Below the pieces are notes generated by a model that did no database searches, was not told the DNA's origin, and saw only the letters and a list, made by a program, of their open reading frames with translations. A DNA stretch of 64,000 nt, from positions 1,657,966 through 1,721,965 of the forward strand of contig CAVVKW010000004.1 in the NCBI GenBank assembly GCA_963749035.1, given 5' to 3'. Each line of letters opens with the position of its first letter. Position 1 is the stretch's first letter. The position numbers were made by a program, and so were the translations under genes. The stretch comes from an uncultured Verrucomicrobiae bacterium. GTDB taxonomy: Bacteria; Verrucomicrobiota; Verrucomicrobiia; Chthoniobacterales; JAATET01. This document shows positions 9,054 to 18,117 of the stretch, piece after piece.

Positions 9054-10241
9054 ATGGCTATCGCTGAAGACCTCGACCTCTATCAGAACGACAACACTTT
9101 CGTCGCTCGCGGCCAAATCAGTGGGGATGTTCTCACCGAAAATTCTTCCGCCGCCGTGACGATTCAGACCGCGATCGATTGGCTCGCTGAATCGGGCGGC
9201 GGCGAGGTCGCCCTCCAGCGCGGAGTCTATCCGCTCGACCAGCCGGTCAGCCTGCGAGACCGAACCACGCTGCGTGGAAAAGGTAGCTCGACGCGGCTCG
9301 TGGCAACGCCTGCCAATGAAGCCGGGACCGCCGTTCTCATGCAGACCCTGAAAGCTGCGGAACTCTCTGACCTCCTCGTGGAGCCCGCGTCCCCGAACCA
9401 GGGAACGGCTGGAGTGGTGATTGACAATTCCGGTGCTTGCCGGGTCTCGAAGGTCAAGGTTCAGGGCTTTCGCGACCACGGCCTTTGGCTCCGAAACAAC
9501 TCGTTCCTTTGCGAGATCGTCAGTTCCGAGTTCGTCGACAATGGTGTCGCGAACGTCTTTTGCGAAAAATTAAGAGAGGGCGGCCGGGGCGGGAACTACC
9601 TGCCGAATCTGTTTTCGAGTTGCCGTCTATACGGAGGTCAGCGTGGCTTCGTGATGACGCACGCGCTCGTCGTCAACGTCGTCGGTTGCCTCGTCAGCCA
9701 CACCAGAGGCACGGCGTTTGAACTTTCCGCTCACAGCAACAGTGTCCAAATCACCGGTTGCCGCACCTACCAGATCGGCGGCGATGCGCTGACCACTCAC
9801 GACTCCCACGAACTGAACGCGTCTTCCAACATCTTCAGCTGGCACCGGGGCAACGGGATCGTTCTCTCCGAATCGTCATGGATCACCGTCACGGGAAACA
9901 ACGTCATCGACACCGGCGTGCGCGATCCCGGCGGCCAACTCAAAACCGGTCTCGTCGTCGGAAGCAACTCGACCGCCGTGCTCGTGAGCAACAACAACAT
10001 CTTCAACTGGGGCGATCAGCCGAAGATGGCGCACGGGATCACCGAGGACGCCACGTGCTCGATGAACCAATTCATCGGTAATAATATCAACTACTTCGCG
10101 GGCGAAGCCGTTCGGTCCGAGGGCCGGGGCACGGTGGCCACTGACAACGTGTCCCACGGACCAAAAGCCTTCAAAAGCGACGGACTACCTCCGTTCCCGG
10201 ATTTCACCTTGGATTCCATCGAGACGTTCATCCGCGAGTAA
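9054..10241 (+). CDS. right-handed parallel beta-helix repeat protein (pectate-lyase-superfamily / GH28-like fold), no signal peptide
   Basis: 395 aa. The N-terminal motif TIQTAIDWLAESGGGEVALQRGVYPL is typical of the Pectate_lyase_3/beta-helix N-cap. Periodic N/G/V-rich repeats are present (VSNNNIF, TGNNVID, IGNNINY). Confidence 0.7.
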   Translation: MAIAEDLDLYQNDNTFVARGQISGDVLTENSSAAVTIQTAIDWLAESGGGEVALQRGVYPLDQPVSLRDRTTLRGKGSSTRLVATPANEAGTAVLMQTLKAAELSDLLVEPASPNQGTAGVVIDNSGACRVSKVKVQGFRDHGLWLRNNSFLCEIVSSEFVDNGVANVFCEKLREGGRGGNYLPNLFSSCRLYGGQRGFVMTHALVVNVVGCLVSHTRGTAFELSAHSNSVQITGCRTYQIGGDALTTHDSHELNASSNIFSWHRGNGIVLSESSWITVTGNNVIDTGVRDPGGQLKTGLVVGSNSTAVLVSNNNIFNWGDQPKMAHGITEDATCSMNQFIGNNINYFAGEAVRSEGRGTVATDNVSHGPKAFKSDGLPPFPDFTLDSIETFIRE

Positions 10242-10256
10242 CCCACGAGGCGCCCA

Positions 10257-11690
10257 ATGTCATCCCCTCCAAACATCCTCTTCATCTTCCCCGACCAATG
10301 GCGGTCCGACGCCCTTTCGTGCCTCGGCCACCCGGTCGCGATCACGCCGCACGTCGACCAACTGGCCGCGAAGGGCACGACGTTCACGTCTGCCTATTCC
10401 AACTGCCCGATTTGCATCCCCGCCCGTGCCTGCTTGATGAGCGGTCGCACGCCAAATGGCGTTGGCCGCTTCGGCTGGCACACCGGCCTCCCGTTTCAGG
10501 CCTACGAGCCGTCGATGATGACCTGCCTGCGCGACGGCGGATACCAAACCATGCTGTCGGGAAAAACGCACTTCCACCCGGAGCGGCTGCATCTCGGATG
10601 TGAACAAATGGTGTTGGCGGACGCGGATTCCGACGCGGGGAATGACTACACCCGCTGGCTGACAGCGCAGACGGGGGCTCGATTGCAACCGAACCTCAAA
10701 CGACTCAACGGAAATTCCCTGATCGTCGAGCCGTGGACGCACGACGAGTCGCTGCACAACACGAATTTCACCACCGCAGCCGCGCTCCGGATGCTGGAGA
10801 ACCGCGATCCCACCCGACCATTCTTCCTGCAGGTCGGCTACCACCGACCGCATCCACCCTTCGATCCACCGGTGGAATACTGGGAGCGGTTCCGCGACGT
10901 GGAGCTGCCGCCCGTCCCGCGTGGCACTTGGGCGGAACGCTTCGACTTACCGACCGCTGACCCCGAAGCCGAGACCGGGCGGATGCATCCGACGCTATTC
11001 GACCGAATGCGACGCGGGTATTTCGCTTCGATCGCGCACGTCGACTCGCAGATCGGGGAACTCATCACGCACCTCAAGCGGAACGGACTGTTTGAGAAAA
11101 CGCTGATCGTCTTCTGTTCCGATCACGGCGAGCAGCTCGGCGACCATTGGTTGTATCGCAAATCCACCGCGCTCGAAGGCTCGGCGGGAATTCCCCTAAT
11201 CGTCAAGCCGCCGGCGGATTGGCAGTGCCCGAGGGGCAACCAAATTCAGGCTCCGGTGGCGCTGCACGACATCATGCCGACCCTCCTCGACGCGGCGAAC
11301 GCACCTACGCCGGAAAGCGTCGAAGGCAAAAGCCTTCTTCCACTGGTGCGCGACGGACGGGCGTCGTGGCGCACGCACGTTCACTGTGAACAATGCCACG
11401 GACCTCTCGGAGCCTGGCAATGCGTGACGGACGGGAAGCGCAAATACGTCTGGCTCAGCGAGAGCGGCGACGAGCTGTTTTTCGATCTGGAAATCGACCC
11501 GCGGGAACAGACGAATCTCGCTGACCAGGCTGATCGCGCGGATGAAATCAAAGTCTGGCGCGATCGGTTGATCTCGGAACTCGCCCAGCGCTCCGAAGAT
11601 GGCTTCGTTAACGACGGACGTCTTGTGCCGGGCACGCGAACCCCGACTGCAAGACAATGGCTAATCGAATGGGAGGCGGGGGCGAAGTAA
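10257..11690 (+). CDS. formylglycine-dependent sulfatase, no signal peptide
   Basis: 477 aa. It carries NILFIFPDQWRSD and the sulfatase signature C-I-P-A-R-A-C-L-M-S-G-R (CxPxR), plus IVFCSDHGEQLGDH. Confidence 0.9.
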   Translation: MSSPPNILFIFPDQWRSDALSCLGHPVAITPHVDQLAAKGTTFTSAYSNCPICIPARACLMSGRTPNGVGRFGWHTGLPFQAYEPSMMTCLRDGGYQTMLSGKTHFHPERLHLGCEQMVLADADSDAGNDYTRWLTAQTGARLQPNLKRLNGNSLIVEPWTHDESLHNTNFTTAAALRMLENRDPTRPFFLQVGYHRPHPPFDPPVEYWERFRDVELPPVPRGTWAERFDLPTADPEAETGRMHPTLFDRMRRGYFASIAHVDSQIGELITHLKRNGLFEKTLIVFCSDHGEQLGDHWLYRKSTALEGSAGIPLIVKPPADWQCPRGNQIQAPVALHDIMPTLLDAANAPTPESVEGKSLLPLVRDGRASWRTHVHCEQCHGPLGAWQCVTDGKRKYVWLSESGDELFFDLEIDPREQTNLADQADRADEIKVWRDRLISELAQRSEDGFVNDGRLVPGTRTPTARQWLIEWEAGAK

Positions 11691-11723
11691 GCTCAACGCC
11701 TCGCTGTGCTCGCATCGCAAACG

Positions 11724-12722
11724 TCATTCTCCCCGCACGGCCGGGACCACGACCGCCCGCGTCTCCGCGGACTTCTTCAGAGCTTCCAACGTCGCCGTAT
11801 TGCGCCAGGAATCGACCATTGAGATGGCCGGCTGAGAACCGCTCAAAATGCACTCCGAGAAATGCTCGATCTCTGCGGCATGAGGATCAATCGCGTCGAA
11901 TTCGTCCGTCGACTCTTTCTCCTCGGAAAACAGGTGGAGCCGCTGCCCGGCGAAGAGATTTGGCATGTAAATGCGCCCCGTCGTTCCCAGAATCTCGCAG
12001 CAAGCCCGGAAAGGTTGCTCCATTCCCGTCACGAAATAGCCGACCCGATCGCCGTCGAACTGAAGCATCCCGCAAAACGTGCTGTCGACGCCAGCCTCGG
12101 GGTGGAGTCTCTGAAAAGCACTGACGCCGACCGGCTCGACCGCGAAGACGTTGCGGATCTGGTTCACGCAGTAACAACCTGCGTCCCAGAGTGCTCCCCC
12201 ACCCATTTCCGGTTCAGCGCGCACGTCCTGCTCCCAATTTCCGACCGAGTGTGTGAGCTCCGCGCGGACCTGCGTGACCTCACCGATCCGCCCACTCGTT
12301 ATCCAGTCGCGAACCCGAGCTTGCTGCGGCAGGAACCTGAGCTTGAAGGCTTCCATGAGAAGAACGCCGTTGTGGCTCGCCGCCCGGATCATCCGGTCCA
12401 CCTCGGACACCGAGACCGCGAGCGGCTTCTCGCACAGGATGTGTTTCCCCGCCTCGGCGGCCTTGATCGTCCACTCGCAGTGCAGCGAATTGGGCGTTGG
12501 GTTGATGATCGCGTCCACGGCTTCGTCCGCAATCAGGGCTTCGTAACTCGCGTGCGCTCGCGGGATCTCCAGCTCTTCCGCCCACCGGCGCGCTTTCTCC
12601 CCGTCTCGACTTGCGATGGCCGAGAGTTCGGAATTCGTCGTCTTCCGAAGACCCGGCACCAGTTTCGCGCGAGCGTGCTGCGACGTGCCCAGGATTCCGT
12701 ATCGAATTGTTCTAGTCATCAT
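11724..12722 (-). CDS. Gfo/Idh/MocA-family NAD(P)-dependent oxidoreductase
   Basis: 332 aa. It has a Rossmann start IRYGILGTSQHA and the family motif AGKHILCEKPLA. Confidence 0.88.
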   Translation of the reverse strand: MMTRTIRYGILGTSQHARAKLVPGLRKTTNSELSAIASRDGEKARRWAEELEIPRAHASYEALIADEAVDAIINPTPNSLHCEWTIKAAEAGKHILCEKPLAVSVSEVDRMIRAASHNGVLLMEAFKLRFLPQQARVRDWITSGRIGEVTQVRAELTHSVGNWEQDVRAEPEMGGGALWDAGCYCVNQIRNVFAVEPVGVSAFQRLHPEAGVDSTFCGMLQFDGDRVGYFVTGMEQPFRACCEILGTTGRIYMPNLFAGQRLHLFSEEKESTDEFDAIDPHAAEIEHFSECILSGSQPAISMVDSWRNTATLEALKKSAETRAVVVPAVRGE

Positions 12723-12828
12723 GCTTCACGGTGCCAGCCCAGGGGTTCGTGCCGAGCGATCAGCGAACAAAGATTTGCTCTCGCCCATTGCCTGCACGGC
12801 AACAGCCTTGGTTCCGATCGGCAACAAT

Positions 12829-13665
12829 TCAACGACGCGAGACGTTCAGACGCAGAAACTTTTCGTCCCCCAGCATCGGCGTGTGAGCGGTCGTGAATCC
12901 CGTCGAGTTCGGCGTCCCTTGCGCGACCCCATCCGTGCTCCAATCAGTCAGGTCGTCTGAACCCGTGACCGTGTAAACAACATCGCTCCGGAAAGGCCGA
13001 TACGTCAGCGAAAGCACCCCGCCCCCAACGCCGTCGACGACAGCCCCGACTCCCACCGACTCTCCGAGCCCCGAAACCCGCGATGGATCCAGGTTTAGCC
13101 CGTATTCCAACAACAGGCTTAGCCGGTCGCCGTCGGCGTCTGAGGAGTCGGAAACACCAGGACCAATCCCGTTGATGCTCTTCCACGCGTTGAAACCGCT
13201 GGCAAATTTGACTTCGACGTCGTCCACGTAGCCCGTCTGAAGGCTGGAGACTTCTCTTTGATCAAAGGCCAACTCGACTCCGACCAGACGCTCGGCTCCC
13301 GACGGCACCGCCACCTCCGACTCGTAGATTCGCCATTCGTCACGAGGCAGCTGGCCGAGAGCCATGGCTTCACCGAGGGCGACCGATCCATTGTCAAACC
13401 TCAGTCGCACCGAAAAGGCTACGTCACCGGCCGACGCCGACTGTAATCCAACCCGACAACGGATGCTCAGCCGATCGGTTCCTGCCACGACAGCCGCGTT
13501 CGCCAATTTATCGACCGCTGCCACCGTCCCGCTTACCGGGATTTCCATCACTCCCACCCGCGAACTTTCCGATCCGCTCAACGCCGCGTGACCGACAGAC
13601 GTCGCCAACATCAAACCGAGACATACGATTCCCAAGCACGACTGAGTCATCTGCAACTGTTTCAC
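12829..13665 (-). CDS. secreted hypothetical protein with a beta-sandwich-like N-domain and a Ca-binding TSP3-like DSSDADGD..LLEYGLNLDP motif
   Basis: 278 aa. The signal peptide is MKQLQMTQSCLGIVCLGLMLATSVGHA. The motif SDSSDADGDRLSLLLEYGLNLDP is followed by a LSLTYRP..VVYTVTGSDDLTDWS module. Confidence 0.7.
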   Translation of the reverse strand: MKQLQMTQSCLGIVCLGLMLATSVGHAALSGSESSRVGVMEIPVSGTVAAVDKLANAAVVAGTDRLSIRCRVGLQSASAGDVAFSVRLRFDNGSVALGEAMALGQLPRDEWRIYESEVAVPSGAERLVGVELAFDQREVSSLQTGYVDDVEVKFASGFNAWKSINGIGPGVSDSSDADGDRLSLLLEYGLNLDPSRVSGLGESVGVGAVVDGVGGGVLSLTYRPFRSDVVYTVTGSDDLTDWSTDGVAQGTPNSTGFTTAHTPMLGDEKFLRLNVSRR

Positions 13666-13758
13666 TGGAGGGGGAGGATACCGGTCTCACCTTTTTAACG
13701 GAAAGACGGGTGGCGGAAAGAACCCGGCCGCAGGATGCGTTCGATAGATCTGACCTCG

Positions 13759-13789
13759 ATTAGTATGGCCCGATTCGGCCCCTAGTCAA
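13759..13789 (-). promoter_or_regulatory. candidate sigma70-type promoter for the 12829-13665 gene
   Basis: On the minus strand, TTGACT (rc of 13784-13789) is followed by an 18-nt spacer and then TACTAAT (rc of 13759-13765). This lies about 90 nt upstream of the start codon. It is a pattern match only. Confidence 0.3.
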
Positions 13790-13892
13790 GAGGCATTCTG
13801 TTCTGACTGCTGATTTACGCGAACGAACTCGCTGGTCGGTTCAGCCGAAGCTTCAGGCCGTAGGTGAGCGCTGGTGCTGCGTTCGAAGTCAA

Positions 13893-14669
13893 TCAATTCG
13901 TCCCGCCAGCATCCGAGGATTGAATCAGCTCAACCGCTTTCTCAGCAAAACGAGCACCAAGAGTCTGATAGCCCTCTGGCGTGTAGTGCAGGTTGTTACT
14001 CACTTCTTCACCTTTCCGGTTGAGCCCATCATTCAGATCGTCGGTGTCGACCCAAGCGCCTCGCGGACTCGCTTCAGCGACCTCCACCTGCGCACCGCGA
14101 ACCTGCTCCCAATCCGTCAGCCGCTTGGGATTCTGCCAATCGCTGACCCGACCAATGACAAAATTCAGGTCATCGCGCTCCAAGTCTTCGCTGAGCTGAT
14201 CAATCAATCCACGCAAGCTGCGCGCGTAGAGTTCTCCGTTGCCGTCGTTCGCATCGCGTTCGCCCTGCATCCAAACGAAAGTGACGGTCTCCAAGTCTGC
14301 CCCCGCCGTGGCTTCTCCGACCTTTTCCATCAGCCGATCGTAAAGGTCGCCGATCGGACCATCGGGCTGTCGAGCATCCGCAGGACCCTCCCACTCCTTA
14401 TACCAACGCCGAATCGGCTCTCCACCCTTCGCGTCCTTGACGACGATCACGTTGTCTTTTCCAAATTCTTCTTCGAGAACGGGCGTGAACGACTTCTTCG
14501 GGTTCAGTCCCGCCATGTTCGATTGACCAGACAGAATGAAAAGGTGCTTTCCGGCGGCGTCCGCCCCAGCCATCGGCAGAATGATCTGCGCCAAAAAGCA
14601 GGTGAGTCCAAACGCTAAGGATCGCCGCGCAGCGCAGCGATGCCACTTCAGATAGATAATTTTCTTCAA
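13893..14669 (-). CDS. SGNH-type carbohydrate esterase, sialate O-acetylesterase-like (SASA/DUF303)
   Basis: 258 aa. The nucleophile motif is HLFILSGQSNMAGL. A signal peptide is present only if the TTG start at 14669 is used. Confidence 0.8.
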   Translation of the reverse strand: MKKIIYLKWHRCAARRSLAFGLTCFLAQIILPMAGADAAGKHLFILSGQSNMAGLNPKKSFTPVLEEEFGKDNVIVVKDAKGGEPIRRWYKEWEGPADARQPDGPIGDLYDRLMEKVGEATAGADLETVTFVWMQGERDANDGNGELYARSLRGLIDQLSEDLERDDLNFVIGRVSDWQNPKRLTDWEQVRGAQVEVAEASPRGAWVDTDDLNDGLNRKGEEVSNNLHYTPEGYQTLGARFAEKAVELIQSSDAGGTN

Positions 14670-14871
14670 AATTTTTGGGGATGTCGGGGAGGGATGTCGA
14701 GGGAGGGGGAGGCTGAGGACTTCGGCCTCTCAGGATGAGTCGAGCCGACTGCCGGTCAAGCGACTTTTTCCGTTGACTGGGAACGACGCCGATTTACGAT
14801 TCCGATCAATCGTCGATGGGGATTCCCTCACTCGCAAAACTCGCGCTCGCGAGAGTCACAAATTTAGTCTT

Positions 14872-17800
14872 ATGCCCCCCAAATTCCCACGCCTTCGCCG
14901 TGCAGCACTCGGCAGCGCGTTTGCGCTCATCCTCAGCGTCCACGCCGCCGAATCCCAACCCCAATCGAATTCCGCTCCCCCGCCGGGACCCGGATCAGTC
15001 ACGGACGTGCAGCCCGGAACGTGGCAGGTTGAAATCGTTGCCACGCTTCCCGATCCTCTCGAAACTTCTGGTGCCCGCTTTCAAATCTTTCTCAATGATG
15101 AGCTCGTTAAGTTCGACAAGAAGAGAGCTCACGGTGATTCGGGCGAAACCTACAATCCCACCTGGTTGATTGATCCGCTCGAGGAGAATGGCCACTATCG
15201 CCTCCGACACCTCCGGCCTCTCAAGGTGACGGAGGCGAATTCCACGGTCGAGGTGCGGCCTTGGGACCAGGGCAGCGTCGACTCGATGGACCTTCTTCCC
15301 CGGGTTGAAGGGATCTCGTATTCCGGAGAGCCCGGCGGTGCAAACGGAGTGTTTTTCCCGTCGGAGGAACCGAAGTTTGAAATCACTCGAGACGGAAAGC
15401 TCGGTCCAGACTCGCGATTTAAGGGTCGCATCGTGGTGCAGAGACTTCGTCTCGCGGACGGCGATCCGCCCGCCTGGAGCGTCGTGGGGGAACGCGTGAC
15501 GCACGTCGAGACCGTCCTCGAGCAACCGCTGGATGCGAATTCCGAGAAAATCACCGTCGACATCCCTACCGACAAGTTTGGTTGCTACGGCGTCTCGGTC
15601 GAGTTCGAGGACGAGACCGATGGCGAGCTTCGAAGCAGCGCGCAGTTTCTTGGCACCGTCGCGGTCGTGCCGGAGAGGGATCTTCACGCGACCAACGAAG
15701 CGGCGAAATTCATCGTTTCCACCGGGCGGTGGCAGGAGCGCAATGGCTTCACGATCGCGGAAGCCGTCAAACGCATGGGGTTCGATTGGTATCGAACGGA
15801 ATACCCGTGGGAGCGGTTTGAGCCGACCGCGAAAGGTAAATTCGACTGGTCCGAGACAGACGCCCTCCACGAGCAGTGTAAAAAATACGGCATCTTCACC
15901 ATGAACCTCGCCGCTCACGCCCCACCGTGGGCGCAGCCGCAGTCCACCGAGGGGCTGAAATTGATCCCTCACTGGAAGGAGGAATACTACTTCGACGGAA
16001 CCCCGAGCCCGGACCACCTGGATGACTGGCGAGACGCTTGGGCGGCCTACCTGACCCGCTACGCCGGGACGGTCAAGGCACTCAACGTTTGGAACGAACC
16101 GTGGGAAGGCGGCGGCATCAGCAATTGGCGCTCGTCGGCCGCCTACTACCGGGAACTGTTCAGGAAAGTGCAGGAAGCTCGCGATTCCGTGGATCCGTCG
16201 GTCAAACTGGTCGCCGCCGACTCGGCCGACAACACCGCTTGGAAGATGCTTGCTTCCGACATGGCAGATGATCTCGACGTCATGAGCGTGCACTACGAAA
16301 CGCCCGGGACCACCACGGCGTGGGCGCTTGGCGATCACCACGATTTCGAGGTTTGGGACACGGAGACCTGGCTGGCGCACCTCGGTGATGCCTCGATCGC
16401 CCGGATGGCCGCTCACCAATTTTTGCACGGCGCGAAGAAGGTCAGTCTTTGGAGCGGAAGCATGCTGCTATACTCCAACGACATGATCCCAACCCCGTCG
16501 GTGCCCGGTGTCGCGGCGATGGTGCACCTCCTCAACGACACGAACGACGTCACCCTCGTCCATCCAGAACGCCCGCCATACGTCGTCCTCTTCCGCGGGA
16601 ACGAAGGCAAGCCACACGTCGCCATGGTGTCGACCACCTTGTCGGAATACATCGCTCGGATTCCCGGGACCCCTTGGTCCCAGCAAGCGGGCGACGAATG
16701 CGTGATGCAGCTCGACCTGCCGGCCGAATACCGCGACGGATTTCAGGTCATGGACGTATTCGCCAATCCGCTGGCGACGGATATGGACTCCGACGAAGTC
16801 CAAATTCCAGTCGATCGGGACGTTCGTTACCTCCGCTTCGACGGCCCCTACGAGGTCTTCGAACGGGCCCTGGCAGAAGCGAAGGTCACTGGTTTGACGC
16901 CGGTCGAGATCGCGGTGGAGGACATTCGATTGCTGCCCGATTCCGACCAGGCGCAGTTTGAAGTGCGCCTTCGCAATGCCCATCCATTCGAGTTGGAAGG
17001 TGAGCTATCGGTCGAGACAACCTGGCCACTGAAAGATCCCCTGCAGGTCTTCACCCTGAAACCCGGCGAGGAACAATCGCTGACCTGCACGCTGGACGTC
17101 AGCGGAATGGATTTGTCCACGGATGCGACCTGCGAAGTGAAGATCGACGTCGCCACCGACCACGGCACCGCAGCTTGGAAGGAACGCCTGCACGTCGCCA
17201 TGATTGGACGCGGCACACCGACCGTCGACGGCGATTTGAAGGAATGGGAAGATCTCGACGCGATCGCCGTCACGCTTCGATCATCCGACCAAAAAGCATC
17301 CCCGAGCGATCTCTACGATCCGCAGAAGCCATGGGAGAAACCGAGCGCCGATCCCGATGGCTTGAGCGCAGAAACCGCCTTCTGTCGCGATGAAAACTAC
17401 CTCTACGTGATGGCCAGAGTGGAGGAGAAGGGTCCCAAAGAGGTGCTGCCGTCGATGCTGACCTCGGATGAGCTGCACGAGTTTCAAAACGAGCCAATGG
17501 ATCACATTTACGTGGTCCCGGGCCCCCGTCCCCCCTGGGCGGCACCCAAGCTGCAGCTCGCAATCGGACCGGTCGACCGGACCAAACAGCTGAAAGGGCA
17601 CGAAGCCTATGCGCCGGAAGATCCGATGTATCGATACGGCTCGAATATCGCGGCGCTTCACCAGATCGTTCTTTATCCGACGAAGGACGGTGGCGCGGAA
17701 GCCCTGCGGATGCGCCGGGACGACTTTTTCTTCCTCCACCCTCTGCCGATCGACTACGCCTGGATGAAGGAACACTGTCAGATCGAAGGTGCCCAAGTGG

Positions 17801-18039
17801 CGGTGAAGGTCGACGAAAACGGCTACACCTACGAAGCGGCGATTCCGTTGGAGGAACTGAATACGATCACCAGCGAGTCGGGCGACGAGATCAATCTAAG
17901 CTTTCTCATCGAGGGACAGGACCGGAAGAAGGTCGAATGGTCTTTCGTCCGTAGTCAGGCCGGCCTGAGCCCGTCGGACTGGGGCAACATGAATGGTAAA
18001 TACGTGTGGGGCGCTCGGACCAAATGGTGGTTCGACTGA
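14872..18039 (+). CDS. secreted clan GH-A (TIM-barrel) glycoside hydrolase of unclear family with a C-terminal CBM9/DOMON-like domain
   Basis: The ATG at 14872 gives the signal peptide MPPKFPRLRRAALGSAFALILSVHAAES. ALNVWNEPWEGGG is an NEP acid/base motif and FEVWDTETW is a TE nucleophile-type motif. The C-terminal TVDGDLKEWEDLDAIAV...FCRDENYLYVMARVEE is CBM9-like. Confidence 0.7.
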   Translation: MPPKFPRLRRAALGSAFALILSVHAAESQPQSNSAPPPGPGSVTDVQPGTWQVEIVATLPDPLETSGARFQIFLNDELVKFDKKRAHGDSGETYNPTWLIDPLEENGHYRLRHLRPLKVTEANSTVEVRPWDQGSVDSMDLLPRVEGISYSGEPGGANGVFFPSEEPKFEITRDGKLGPDSRFKGRIVVQRLRLADGDPPAWSVVGERVTHVETVLEQPLDANSEKITVDIPTDKFGCYGVSVEFEDETDGELRSSAQFLGTVAVVPERDLHATNEAAKFIVSTGRWQERNGFTIAEAVKRMGFDWYRTEYPWERFEPTAKGKFDWSETDALHEQCKKYGIFTMNLAAHAPPWAQPQSTEGLKLIPHWKEEYYFDGTPSPDHLDDWRDAWAAYLTRYAGTVKALNVWNEPWEGGGISNWRSSAAYYRELFRKVQEARDSVDPSVKLVAADSADNTAWKMLASDMADDLDVMSVHYETPGTTTAWALGDHHDFEVWDTETWLAHLGDASIARMAAHQFLHGAKKVSLWSGSMLLYSNDMIPTPSVPGVAAMVHLLNDTNDVTLVHPERPPYVVLFRGNEGKPHVAMVSTTLSEYIARIPGTPWSQQAGDECVMQLDLPAEYRDGFQVMDVFANPLATDMDSDEVQIPVDRDVRYLRFDGPYEVFERALAEAKVTGLTPVEIAVEDIRLLPDSDQAQFEVRLRNAHPFELEGELSVETTWPLKDPLQVFTLKPGEEQSLTCTLDVSGMDLSTDATCEVKIDVATDHGTAAWKERLHVAMIGRGTPTVDGDLKEWEDLDAIAVTLRSSDQKASPSDLYDPQKPWEKPSADPDGLSAETAFCRDENYLYVMARVEEKGPKEVLPSMLTSDELHEFQNEPMDHIYVVPGPRPPWAAPKLQLAIGPVDRTKQLKGHEAYAPEDPMYRYGSNIAALHQIVLYPTKDGGAEALRMRRDDFFFLHPLPIDYAWMKEHCQIEGAQVAVKVDENGYTYEAAIPLEELNTITSESGDEINLSFLIEGQDRKKVEWSFVRSQAGLSPSDWGNMNGKYVWGARTKWWFD

Positions 18040-18117
18040 CCGATCGCCGGCCGTCGAAAAATGCATTCCATCCGAAAGTCGACAACGCCCAGGTGGCGGG
18101 CATTTTCCATTGAATAG

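Noticed and set aside
14773-14871. TTG-initiated extension of the clan GH-A gene
   Set aside because: The ATG at 14872 gives a canonical signal peptide, and the extension adds a polar leader that would bury it.
14995-16428. 477-aa minus-strand ORF inside the clan GH-A gene
   Set aside because: It is an antisense shadow ORF, rich in Arg, Gly, Pro and Val. It has no recognisable domain, and the plus-strand frame carries clear GH motifs.
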